From: Alphaproteobacteria bacterium
Lineage (GTDB): Bacteria; Pseudomonadota; Alphaproteobacteria; GCA-2731375
DNA: 64,000 nt
NCBI GenBank assembly: GCA_965232515.1
Contig: CBDDPY010000002.1
Location: 4,352,001-4,416,000 of the forward strand
Direction: 5' to 3'
The notes below the pieces were generated by a model that was given only the letters and a program-made list of their open reading frames with translations, had not been told where the DNA came from and did no database searches. Below, one piece after another: positions 20,807 to 31,697 of this stretch (within the stretch, counting starts at the first letter, position 1; each line of letters begins with the position of its first letter). The position numbers were made by a program, and so were the translations under genes.

Positions 20807-21700
20807 TCATTCCTGTCCGCTGTTATGGATCAGGCGGCGGCAAATTTCGTCGAGCTGTTCGAGCGTCCCGTAGGTGATGCGCACCTCACCGCCCTCGTCG
20901 GCGCGATGGTTGACGCTGACCTTCAGGCCGAGCGCGTTTGTCAGGTCGCGCTCGAGCGCCAAGGTGTCGGCGTCCTTCTCGACCGCCGCTGGCTGGCTCG
21001 CGCGTTTGGCCTTGCCGTCGCCCTGCTTGCCGAGGCGTTCGGCCTGACGCACGCTCAACTGCTGCGAGACGATCCGATTGGCGAGCGCCGTCGGATCCTC
21101 GGCTCCGATCAGGGTGCGGGCATGGCCTGCGGTCAGCCGACCGTCCTGCAGCATATCCTTGACCGCATCCGGCAGGGTCAGGAGGCGCAGGCTGTTGGCG
21201 ATGTGGCTGCGGCTCTTGCCGACGATGCGCGCGAGCTGTTCCTGAGTATGGGCGAAATCGGCGATCAGCTTCTGATAGGCCATGGCCTCTTCAAGCGCCG
21301 TCAGATCTTCGCGCTGAACGTTCTCGAGGATCGCCAGCTCGAGCGCTTCGGCGTCGGACACGTCTTTGACGGTGACCGGCACCTCATGCAGCTTGGCCTG
21401 CTGGGCCGCCCGCCAGCGGCGCTCGCCGGCGATAATCTGATATTTCTCGCCGTCGTCCGGCGCGCGGCGCACCAGGATCGGCTGCAGTACGCCGTTCTCC
21501 TCGATCGACTGCACCAGGCCGTTCAGCTCTTCCTCATCGAAGCGCCGGCGCGGCTGATACGGATTCGGCTCCAGCTGCTCGATCGGCACGTCCCGGCCCG
21601 ACCGCATCCGGTCGATGGTGGCGAAGTCGTCGGCGTCCTCTTCCAACAGCGCGGAGAGACCGCGGCCAAGACCCTTGCGTTTGCCCTCGTCCGTCATCAT
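20807..21700 (-). CDS. parB: Chromosome partitioning protein ParB
   Basis: GLGRGLSALL, NPYQPR, IIAGERRWRAA, ENVQREDL, GKSRSHIAN. Confidence 0.97.
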   Translation of the reverse strand: MMTDEGKRKGLGRGLSALLEEDADDFATIDRMRSGRDVPIEQLEPNPYQPRRRFDEEELNGLVQSIEENGVLQPILVRRAPDDGEKYQIIAGERRWRAAQQAKLHEVPVTVKDVSDAEALELAILENVQREDLTALEEAMAYQKLIADFAHTQEQLARIVGKSRSHIANSLRLLTLPDAVKDMLQDGRLTAGHARTLIGAEDPTALANRIVSQQLSVRQAERLGKQGDGKAKRASQPAAVEKDADTLALERDLTNALGLKVSVNHRADEGGEVRITYGTLEQLDEICRRLIHNSGQE

Positions 21701-22530
21701 GCCGCGTCCAGGGCCCGTTCACGGCGCAACATCTCGCTGGCGAGCTGCATATAAGCCTGGCTGCCGGCGCAGCGGTGATCGTAGAGCAACGCCGGCTTGC
21801 CGTGCGATGGCGCTTCCGAGATGCGGACGTTGCGCGGGATCACCGTCTTGTAGACTTTGTCGCCGAGATAGCCGCGCACATCGGCAGCGACCTGGTCCGA
21901 CAGATTGTTGCGCCGGTCGAACATGGTCAGAACCACGCCCTCGATGGACAGATCCTCGTTGTAGGCGCGGCGCACCCGTTCGATGGTTTTGATCAGCATG
22001 CTGAGGCCCTCCAATGCGAAGAATTCACATTGCAGGGGCACGATTACCGCCTTGGCGGCTACCAGAGCGTTAATGGTGAGCAGATTCAGCGACGGCGGAC
22101 AGTCGATCAGCATGACGTCATAGTCACCGCAGCCGGCTTCGAGCGCGTCGCGCAGCCGGTAGCTGCGGCGCGGCATGTCGATCAGCTCGATCTCGGCGCC
22201 GGACAGATCGACCGTCGACGGCACGATATGCAGCCCCGGGATCATGCTGGGGATCGCCGCGTCGACCAGCCGCGTGTCGCCCAACAGCACGTCGTAGACG
22301 CTGCGCCGCCGTGCCGACCGGTCGATGCCGAGTCCCGTGCTGGCGTTGCCCTGGGGATCGAGATCGAGCAGCAGAACGCGGCGGCCGACCGCGGCCAGAC
22401 CGGTCCCGAGATTGATCGTCGTCGTGGTTTTGCCGACACCGCCCTTCTGATTGGTCACGGCGATGATGCGGCAGCTTGTCGTCGCGGCCTCCCTGCGGTC
22501 GTCGACGACCGCGGCTTCAGCTTCAGGCAC
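21697..22530 (-). CDS. parA: Chromosome partitioning ATPase ParA
   Basis: NQKGGVGKTT, DLDPQGNAS, DCPPSL, IPRNVRISEAPSHG. Confidence 0.97.
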   Translation of the reverse strand: MPEAEAAVVDDRREAATTSCRIIAVTNQKGGVGKTTTTINLGTGLAAVGRRVLLLDLDPQGNASTGLGIDRSARRRSVYDVLLGDTRLVDAAIPSMIPGLHIVPSTVDLSGAEIELIDMPRRSYRLRDALEAGCGDYDVMLIDCPPSLNLLTINALVAAKAVIVPLQCEFFALEGLSMLIKTIERVRRAYNEDLSIEGVVLTMFDRRNNLSDQVAADVRGYLGDKVYKTVIPRNVRISEAPSHGKPALLYDHRCAGSQAYMQLASEMLRRERALDAA

Positions 22531-23176
22531 GCGATACCTCCGTTAGTCGCAACAAAACACCCGAGGAATCCGTCAGGCTGGGCTGGCGCTCGGCGCGCAT
22601 ATTCCAATATTTTGCGGCTTCGGTCAATTCTAACTCCATATCTTGTCCCTTCGGGAACAAAGCCACGGAGTCCGAATTCAGGAACGGGGCCGCCAATTCC
22701 AACAATTTCGGCAGCGGCGCCAGCGCCCGCGCGGTGACGACGGCGGCCGGAAACGGAGCCACGTTTTCGATCCGCGCGGTATGCAACGTGACATTCGTCG
22801 TGGTGATTCGCGCCGCCTCGCGCAGAAAGGCCGCCTTCCGGGTATCGCTTTCCACCAGGTGCATGTCTCGCGCACCCATGATCGCCAGGACCAAACCGGG
22901 GAACCCGGCGCCGCTGCCAAGATCGAGCCACGGTCCGGTGTCAGCCGGTGCCAGCGGCAACAGCTGGGCGGAATCGTACATATGCCGGCGCCACAGGTCC
23001 GGCAACGTCGTCCGGCTTACCAGGTTGATCGCCCGCTGCCACTTCCGTAGCAGATCGGCGTAGGCCGCCAGGCGGTCCAGTGTTTCACGTGAAACACCCG
23101 TCGCGTCCTGGAAAGCCTGGGCGTCGAACGTCGACAATCGATCAGGCGACGCGGCGCCGGTCCGCACGGCGGACAT
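22523..23176 (-). CDS. rsmG: 16S rRNA m7G527 methyltransferase
   Basis: [23 protein letters not shown]; VSRET encoded by the internal parS. Confidence 0.95.
   Translation of the reverse strand: MSAVRTGAASPDRLSTFDAQAFQDATGVSRETLDRLAAYADLLRKWQRAINLVSRTTLPDLWRRHMYDSAQLLPLAPADTGPWLDLGSGAGFPGLVLAIMGARDMHLVESDTRKAAFLREAARITTTNVTLHTARIENVAPFPAAVVTARALAPLPKLLELAAPFLNSDSVALFPKGQDMELELTEAAKYWNMRAERQPSLTDSSGVLLRLTEVSRA
23081..23096. promoter_or_regulatory. parS: parS centromere site within rsmG
   Basis: Perfect consensus TGTTTCACGTGAAACA. Confidence 0.95.
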
Positions 23177-25007
23177 GGCCGAGCAGCGCGGTCAGCGCGG
23201 CCGCCGTCACGCCGGGAATGCGGGCCGCCGCCCCCAACGTTGCCGGCCCGTGCCGGCGGAGCTTCTCGCGCACCTCGTTCGACAGCGAACCGACCGCGTC
23301 GTAGTCGATGTCGGCCGGAATGGCCAACGCCTCGTCCTTGCGGAACGCGGCGATGTCGGCCGCCTGACGATCAAGGTAGGCATGATAGCGGGCATCGATT
23401 TCGAGCTGTTCGGCGACATCCGCCCGGACCGCGCCCAGCTCCGGCCAGATCGCCGTCAGCCGCGCGACCGAGACGTCCTCATAGGCCAGCAGCTCGCGCG
23501 CCGTGCGCCGGCGGCCATCGAGATTAACCATAATTTCATGGCGGCGGGCCTGATTTGGCGTCAGCTTTCGGTCCGTCAGGATTTCCCGCGCCGCGTCCAG
23601 CCGCGCCATCTTGTCGACGAAATGCGCGGCGCGCCGTTGCCCGATGGCGCCGATCGACAAGCCTTTCGGGGTTAGCCGCTGGTCGGCATTGTCGGCTCGC
23701 AGCAGCAACCGGTACTCCGCCCGCGAGGTGAACATGCGGTACGGCTCGGTGGTGCCGCGGGTGACCAGGTCGTCGATCATCACGCCGATATAGGCATCGG
23801 CCCGGTCGAGGACGAGCGGAGCGGCATCGCCGGCGGCCAGCGCCGCGTTCAGACCGGCCATCAAGCCCTGGGCCGCCGCCTCCTCGTAGCCGGTGGTGCC
23901 GTTGATCTGGCCGGCAAGATAAAGCCCGGCGACGCGGCGGGTCTCGAGGCTGGGCCAGAGCTCGCGCGAGTCGACGCAATCGTATTCGATAGCGTAGCCC
24001 GGCCGGCGCATGACCGCCCGCTCCAGGCCGGGGATCGCCTTCAGCATTTCGAGCTGCACCTCGCGCGGCAGCGAGGTGGAAATGCCGTTGGGATAGATGG
24101 TGTCGTCGTCCAGGCCCTCGGGCTCGAGAAAGATCTGATGCCGGTCGCGCTCGCCGAAGCGGACGACCTTGTCCTCGATCGACGGACAGTAGCGCGGACC
24201 GGTGCTGTCGATCTGACCGGAATAGATCGGCGCGCGATGCAGGTTGGCCCGGATCAGATCGTGCGCGGCTGGCGTGGTCGTGGTGATATGGCAGAACACC
24301 TGTGGCGTGGCGATGCGTTCGGTCATGAACGAGAACGGCACGGGATTGACGTCACCCGGCTGCAGGTCCAGGCCGGCCCAATCGATGGTCCGCCCGTCGA
24401 GCCGCGGCGGCGTGCCGGTCTTCAGCCGGCCCATTTCGAAATCCAGACCGTAGAGCGTGTCCGACAGGCCGATCGCCGGCGCGTCGCCGACCCGGCCGGC
24501 CGGCCGCTGTTCCTCGCCGATATGGATCAGGCCGCGCAGAAAGGTGCCGGTGGTGAGCACCACCGCGCCGGCGGAAATCACGTCACCATCGGCGGTGACC
24601 ACGCCCGTGACGCGGCCGTCGGTCAGCCGAAGATCCTCGACGGCGGCGGCGCGCACCTCGAGGTTGGGCGTATTCAGCATCTCCCGCTGCATGGCCTGTC
24701 GGTAAAGCTTGCGGTCGGCCTGGGCGCGAGGGCCGCGCACCGCCGGGCCCTTACTGCGGTTCAAGAGACGAAACTGGATACCGGCGGCGTCCGCGACCCG
24801 GCCCATGACGCCATCGAGCGCATCGATCTCGCGGACCAGATGCCCCTTGCCGAGCCCGCCGATGGCAGGATTGCAGGACATCTCGCCAATGGTCTCGATC
24901 TTGTGGGTCAGCAACAGCGTGCGCGCGCCCACACGCGCCGCCGCCGCCGCCGCCTCGCAGCCGGCGTGCCCGCCCCCAATGACAATGACATCGTACCTAG
25001 CCCGCAT
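23142..25007 (-). CDS. mnmG: tRNA modification enzyme MnmG/GidA
   Basis: [49 protein letters not shown]. Confidence 0.98.
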   Translation of the reverse strand: MRARYDVIVIGGGHAGCEAAAAAARVGARTLLLTHKIETIGEMSCNPAIGGLGKGHLVREIDALDGVMGRVADAAGIQFRLLNRSKGPAVRGPRAQADRKLYRQAMQREMLNTPNLEVRAAAVEDLRLTDGRVTGVVTADGDVISAGAVVLTTGTFLRGLIHIGEEQRPAGRVGDAPAIGLSDTLYGLDFEMGRLKTGTPPRLDGRTIDWAGLDLQPGDVNPVPFSFMTERIATPQVFCHITTTTPAAHDLIRANLHRAPIYSGQIDSTGPRYCPSIEDKVVRFGERDRHQIFLEPEGLDDDTIYPNGISTSLPREVQLEMLKAIPGLERAVMRRPGYAIEYDCVDSRELWPSLETRRVAGLYLAGQINGTTGYEEAAAQGLMAGLNAALAAGDAAPLVLDRADAYIGVMIDDLVTRGTTEPYRMFTSRAEYRLLLRADNADQRLTPKGLSIGAIGQRRAAHFVDKMARLDAAREILTDRKLTPNQARRHEIMVNLDGRRRTARELLAYEDVSVARLTAIWPELGAVRADVAEQLEIDARYHAYLDRQAADIAAFRKDEALAIPADIDYDAVGSLSNEVREKLRRHGPATLGAAARIPGVTAAALTALLGHVRRADRRRVA

Positions 25008-25264
25008 TTCTCACCCCCATCACGGTCTGCGTCGTGCACAGGCGTTCGACCTGCCAGGAGCGGGCCGAAAAGCGTAGCGGGGACTACGGTTGAGGCCTGC
25101 GACGCCGCGGGCGGGCGCCTGCGCGCGACCCTTCGGGCGGCGCCGTGCTGCCGACAGGGGGCGTCGCGCCGCTTGCCCGATGCCCCACATCGCGCCGCGC
25201 AGCGCTCCTGCCCTGTCGGCAGCACAGCGCCGCGCAGACCATGATGGGGGTGAGAAATGGGGGC
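25000..25264. mobile_element. MITE-like non-autonomous element (265 bp) inserted at the 5' end of mnmG
   Basis: 32-bp terminal inverted repeats (25000-25031 / 25233-25264, 2 mismatches); TA at one flank and a degenerate copy at the other; internal 22-bp stem (25138-25159 / 25211-25232); removing it restores ATG GCT AGG TAC GAT. Confidence 0.75.
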
Positions 25265-25278
25265 TCGCCATGGCGCGG

Positions 25279-25307
25279 AATTTAGGGTCCCAGATGGTGC
25301 CTGTCAA
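25279..25307 (-). promoter_or_regulatory. Sigma70 promoter of the mnmG-rsmG-parA-parB operon
   Basis: TTGACA (25307-25302), 17-nt spacer, TAAATT (25284-25279); the predicted +1 falls on the A of ATG 25271. Confidence 0.75.
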
Positions 25308-25322
25308 AGCCGACCGCAAGCG

Positions 25323-25338
25323 TGTTTCACGTGAAACA
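25323..25338. promoter_or_regulatory. parS: parS centromere site in the mnmE-mnmG intergenic region
   Basis: Perfect consensus TGTTTCACGTGAAACA. Confidence 0.95.
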
Positions 25339-25358
25339 TCTCGTTAAGCTTCGGCCGC

Positions 25359-26693
25359 TTATTTGCCGATACAGAAGTCGGCAAAGACCACATCCAGGAT
25401 GTCTTCCACGTCGACCCGGCCGGTGATCCGGCCCAAAGACCGGGCAGCCAGACGCAGATCCTCCGCGACCAATTCGGGAGCATCTGCCCCGAGCGACCGC
25501 TCGAGCGCCGCCCGGCACTCCTCGAGCGCGGCCCGATGCCGCGCCCGGGTCAGCATCGGCGCGCCGCCGGCATCGAGTCGATCTGCGACCATGTTTCCGA
25601 GCGCCGATAGAAACGCCGTCATCCCCGACCCGGTCTTGACGGAGATCGGCAAGGCGGGATGTCCAGCCACCGCGACCGTCCCGGCGGCCGGCGCCAGGTC
25701 GACCTTGTTCAGCGCCACCAGGGAATTGGCATCGATCAATTCCGCGATCTCAGTTCCGCCAGCATCGGCGGCCGTCGCGTCGGCCAGGACGATCTTCAGA
25801 TCCGCCTGCGCCGCCCGCGCCAACGCCCGCCGCACCCCCTCGCCTTCGATATCGTCGGCGGCCCGACGCAAACCGGCCGTATCGGCCAGCAAGACCGGGT
25901 AACCGCCGATATCGAGATACACCTCGATCACGTCGCGTGTCGTCCCGGCCGTGGTCGAGACGATGGCCGCGTCGCGCCGGGCGAGCGCATTCAGCAGGCT
26001 CGACTTGCCGGCGTTCGGCGGGCCGACGATCACCACATAAAGGCCATCGCGCAAACGCTCACCGCGATGACCGTCATCGAGATGGGTGGCGATCCGATCG
26101 CGCAGCTCGACGACACGTGGACGCACGGTCGCCGCCAGTTCGTCGGGCAGATCCTCATCGGGAAAATCGATGTCAGCTTCGGCGTGGGCTAAGAGCGAAA
26201 TCAGGTCGGCTCGCCAGGTCTCGTAGAGATTGCCCAGCGCACCCGACATCTGCCGCAACGCCTGCCGACGCTGGGCCGCCGTTTCGGCCGCCACCAGATC
26301 CGCGAGACCCTCGGCTTCGGTCAGATCCAGCCGCCCGTTCAGGAAGCCCCGCTTGGTGAATTCGCCGGGCTCGGCCGGCCGGACGCCGGGCCGGGCGATC
26401 AGCGCGTCGGCGAGCGCGGCGGTGACAGCCCGGCCACCATGGACCTGGAACTCGACAATATCCTCGCCAGTAAAGCTATTGGGCCCAGGAAACCAGATCA
26501 CCAGCCCCCGATCGATGACATCGCCGTCCGGTCCCCGCAGTGTTCGCAGCACGGCGGACCGCGGCGGAGGAACGTCAGAGCCGGTCAGATCGGCCGCTGT
26601 ATCCGCCGCGCCCGGACCGGAAACGCGGATCACGGCCACGCCCGCTTGGCCCGGCGCCGTCGCCGGCGCGAAGATTGTATCGGCGTCGGCCAT
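25359..26693 (-). CDS. mnmE: tRNA modification GTPase MnmE/TrmE
   Basis: DTIFAPAT, SFTGED, GPPNAGKSS, GTTRD, DTAG, NKVD, FCIGK end. Confidence 0.97.
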   Translation of the reverse strand: MADADTIFAPATAPGQAGVAVIRVSGPGAADTAADLTGSDVPPPRSAVLRTLRGPDGDVIDRGLVIWFPGPNSFTGEDIVEFQVHGGRAVTAALADALIARPGVRPAEPGEFTKRGFLNGRLDLTEAEGLADLVAAETAAQRRQALRQMSGALGNLYETWRADLISLLAHAEADIDFPDEDLPDELAATVRPRVVELRDRIATHLDDGHRGERLRDGLYVVIVGPPNAGKSSLLNALARRDAAIVSTTAGTTRDVIEVYLDIGGYPVLLADTAGLRRAADDIEGEGVRRALARAAQADLKIVLADATAADAGGTEIAELIDANSLVALNKVDLAPAAGTVAVAGHPALPISVKTGSGMTAFLSALGNMVADRLDAGGAPMLTRARHRAALEECRAALERSLGADAPELVAEDLRLAARSLGRITGRVDVEDILDVVFADFCIGK

Positions 26694-26718
26694 CGGCGCG
26701 GATCGTCGACAGGCGAAT

Positions 26719-26979
26719 CTAGTCGACGGGCTTGTCGGTTTTCCCGCCCGTCCCGCCCATGGCGACGGACCAGAACATTTTCTGCATGGCGTCCAGTCCC
26801 TGCATGCCCGCCGGCAACCAGGTCCGGAACAGGGTCTCGGCATCGGCCGCGGACAACGCCTGTTCCATACGTTCCTTGATGCCGGCCATCATGGCCTCCT
26901 GCAGGGGCGTCACGTCCGGGAGACCGAGGAACGCGCGGGCCTCCTCGGGCGTGCAGTCAATATCGATCGTGATTTTCAT
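26719..26979 (-). CDS. Small conserved protein (DUF6489-like)
   Basis: [23 protein letters not shown] signature. Confidence 0.8.
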   Translation of the reverse strand: MKITIDIDCTPEEARAFLGLPDVTPLQEAMMAGIKERMEQALSAADAETLFRTWLPAGMQGLDAMQKMFWSVAMGGTGGKTDKPVD

Positions 26980-27094
26980 CGTATCCGGCTCCCGTGGTAG
27001 CCTCCGCCCGGGACTGTTCCCAAGCTACGGCAGGCGTCTGGCCGGCGCAAGCCGGCCGACCGCCCGCCATCCCGCCAGCCACGCCGGAGACCGC

Positions 27095-29131
<2,037 letters not shown>

Positions 29132-29137
29132 CGTCAC

Positions 29138-29584
29138 ATGCCACAGCTCTCAATGCACAGCCCGATCGGCGATCTGACGGTATCGGAGGAAAACGGCGCC
29201 ATCGTCGCGCTCGATTGGGGCTGGGGCCGCGATCAGGAGACGACACCGTTGCTGCAACGCGCCCGCGACCAGTTGAACGCCTATTTCGATGGCGATCCGG
29301 TGGATTTCGACCTGCCGCTCAATCCGGCGGGCAGCGCATTTCAGCGCCGGGTCTGGAAGGCCATGTGCGACATTCCCGCGGGCGGCACCGAGACCTATGG
29401 CAGCTTGGCCGGCCGCATCGAGGGCATTGCCCGGGCCGTCGGCACCGCCTGCGGCAAGAATCCGATCCCGATCATCATTCCCTGCCATCGCGTGGTCGCG
29501 GCCAACAGTCTCGGCGGCTATTCCGGCGATGGCGGCCTCGATACCAAGGTGGCGCTGCTGCGGCTGGAAGGCGCGCTGTTGTGA
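29138..29584 (+). CDS. ogt: Methylated-DNA-protein-cysteine methyltransferase
   Basis: IPCHRVV active site; ARAVGTACGKNP. Confidence 0.93.
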   Translation: MPQLSMHSPIGDLTVSEENGAIVALDWGWGRDQETTPLLQRARDQLNAYFDGDPVDFDLPLNPAGSAFQRRVWKAMCDIPAGGTETYGSLAGRIEGIARAVGTACGKNPIPIIIPCHRVVAANSLGGYSGDGGLDTKVALLRLEGALL

Positions 29585-29645
29585 CAGGCGAAATGGTCAC
29601 GTCGCAATTGTTGCGATGTCGACCCTACCTCGATTAGCTTGTCGC

Positions 29646-29945
29646 ATGATGTTGAGATGTATGATCTGCGCCCTGTCGCTGATGCTGTTCGCCACGACGG
29701 CAGCGGCGCAATCCGTCGAACCCGGACTCGCAAAATGCAAGCGGCCGGAAGCGCCGTTCGTGCCCACTGGCGGATATACCAGCGTCGAAGCCATGAAAGA
29801 CGCTACCGGCGAAGTCAGGGCGTACTTCAACGGCGTCAACGCCTACATTGTTTGCCTGCGCGATGAATACAATCGGGCGCGGGCCGAGGCGGAGCAGATC
29901 GAGGCGCAGTGGAAGGACGCGCAGGAGCGTTTCAGGTCGCGTTGA
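29646..29945 (+). CDS. Small secreted hypothetical protein
   Basis: Signal peptide ending TAAAQ, two Cys in the mature part, helical C-terminus; start uncertain. Confidence 0.6.
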   Translation: MMLRCMICALSLMLFATTAAAQSVEPGLAKCKRPEAPFVPTGGYTSVEAMKDATGEVRAYFNGVNAYIVCLRDEYNRARAEAEQIEAQWKDAQERFRSR

Positions 29946-29960
29946 CCGTACCGTCGATCG

Positions 29961-30527
29961 TCACCGGAGACCGCTTTCAACCATGCGCTTGAACGCCGTT
30001 TGCTGTGCTTCCGCCAGCGACGTCGGCGCCACCAAGCGCACGTAGATATTGCCCTTTACGCTTTCGAGGATCGCGCCGAGCAAGGTAATGCCCGGGACAG
30101 GTGTTTTCGGACCGCCCGGCATGCCGGAGAGGAAGGTGCCGCTGCCTTGGAAGTAATGCACCTGTTGGCCGGCAACCTCCTCGACCGTCACGACGGCCGC
30201 TTGCCGCGCGTCAGGCTCGGCGAACTGCTGCCGCCAGCGCTCGATGTTCGCCTCGGCGGAGCCGCCGCGACCGGGACCGAAATAGAAGAAGATACAGGAC
30301 CCATCGGGTCCATCGCCCGGATTGACGATGCGGAACTGCGCCTGGCGCATCGATGATTGCGGCGGCTCACTCTGCCAGCCCACGGGAGCCTCGAATTCGA
30401 AGGCGCCCGCCCGGAAGGTCTCTGCCGTCGCCGATGTGACAACGAAAAAGAACAAAATAAGAACAATCGTTGGCAAACAGTGCGCCTGCCGATAACGCCG
30501 ACCATTGCCGTTGATGGAGTCATGCAT
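29961..30527 (-). CDS. Secreted hypothetical protein (SSMRxAQF / GGSxEANIERWxxQF type)
   Basis: Hydrophobic signal IVLILFFFVVTSATA followed by a globular domain; start uncertain. Confidence 0.7.
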   Translation of the reverse strand: MHDSINGNGRRYRQAHCLPTIVLILFFFVVTSATAETFRAGAFEFEAPVGWQSEPPQSSMRQAQFRIVNPGDGPDGSCIFFYFGPGRGGSAEANIERWRQQFAEPDARQAAVVTVEEVAGQQVHYFQGSGTFLSGMPGGPKTPVPGITLLGAILESVKGNIYVRLVAPTSLAEAQQTAFKRMVESGLR

Positions 30528-30648
30528 TGCCGGGCAGCCTTCCGCCATAGTCTCGCCTGATGTCGGATTATGACCAGAGCGCGGACCGGCAACCAGCCCC
30601 CGGTCCGTCACGTTCCCGTGTCGAGGTCCGCGCTCGGCGGCCCAAGCG

Positions 30649-30789
30649 TTACAGCCGCAGTCCCACGCCGCAGTCGGTCTTCTGGTTCGCGCCGCCACGG
30701 CATTCGAGGAAGGTTCGGTCGCAGGCCGAGAGGGCCAGAAGCGACAGAACGACAAGAACGCCGCCGCAGCGTGCGAAAAGTCGTCGCAT
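30649..30789 (-). CDS. Putative 46-aa lipoprotein
   Basis: MRR n-region, hydrophobic h-region, lipobox LSAC, Cys pair in the mature peptide. Confidence 0.55.
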   Translation of the reverse strand: MRRLFARCGGVLVVLSLLALSACDRTFLECRGGANQKTDCGVGLRL

Positions 30790-30919
30790 GACGTCAATAT
30801 AGGGCGATTTCCGTCCGATTTCGGCCGGTTTCTTCGGCTGTGGGCGTGACATCGGCGCGGCACGCGGTCTAAAGTCGCGACCTTGGTTAACGCCAATCGG
30901 GAATTCTAGGGAGCGCGGC

Positions 30920-31618
30920 ATGGCCGGCAAGGAAATCAACATCAGCTGTGACGATGGCGAGTTCATGGGATATCTGGCGCTGCCGGCTTCCGGCAGTGGT
31001 CCGGGCATCGTCGTGATCCAGGAAATCTTCGGTGTGAACGCCGTTATGCGGGAAATCACCGATATGTATGCAAATGCCGGTTTCATGGCGCTGTGTCCGG
31101 ACCTGTTCTGGCGCCAGGAGCCGGGCGTCAACATCACCGACCAGTCGGAAGAGGAATGGCAGAAGGCGTTCCAGCTCTATCAGGGCTTCGATGTCGACAA
31201 GGGCATCGGGGACATCGGTGCCAGCATCGCCGCCTTGCGGGCCATGGACGGCTGCACGGGCAAGATCGGCTCGACCGGCTATTGCCTGGGCGGCCTGCTC
31301 GCCTATCTGACGGCCTGCCGGACGGACGCAGCTGCCTCTGTCGGTTATTACGGTGTCGGCATCGAGGAGAAACTGGGCGAAGCGGCGAATATGACCGGCC
31401 AAGTGATGCTGCATATCGCCGAGGAGGACGGCTTCGTGCCGAAAGAGGCCCAGGCCAAGATCAAGGACGCGCTCGGCGGCAATCCGAAGGTCACGATCCA
31501 CAGCTATCCGGGCATGGACCATGCCTTCTGCCGCATGGGCGGCCAGCATTACGACCAGGCGGCCGCCGATATGGCAAACAGCCGCACGCTGGACTTTTTC
31601 AACCAACAACTTACCTAA
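30920..31618 (+). CDS. Dienelactone hydrolase family protein
   Basis: QEIFGVN, GYCLGG nucleophile motif, YPGMDHAF. Confidence 0.93.
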   Translation: MAGKEINISCDDGEFMGYLALPASGSGPGIVVIQEIFGVNAVMREITDMYANAGFMALCPDLFWRQEPGVNITDQSEEEWQKAFQLYQGFDVDKGIGDIGASIAALRAMDGCTGKIGSTGYCLGGLLAYLTACRTDAAASVGYYGVGIEEKLGEAANMTGQVMLHIAEEDGFVPKEAQAKIKDALGGNPKVTIHSYPGMDHAFCRMGGQHYDQAAADMANSRTLDFFNQQLT

Positions 31619-31630
31619 ACGTCACATCGG

Positions 31631-31661
31631 GGCGGCGCCGGTCCGGCGCCGCCGTACTTTT
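31631..31661 (+). terminator. Possible intrinsic terminator
   Basis: GGCGGCGCCGG-T-CCGGCGCCGCC then GTACTTTT. Confidence 0.5.
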
Positions 31662-31697
31662 CCAACAACCAAAAAATTGCTCAAACGGGGGAGCAGC

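Noticed and set aside
20646-20873. 75-aa ORF between holA and parB
   Set aside because: Largely the translation of the REP palindrome (RHPGEGRDP) and overlaps parB antisense
25020-25271. 83-aa uORF product as a functional protein
   Set aside because: Low-complexity Arg/Ala sequence derived from the repeat; any role is more likely the act of translation
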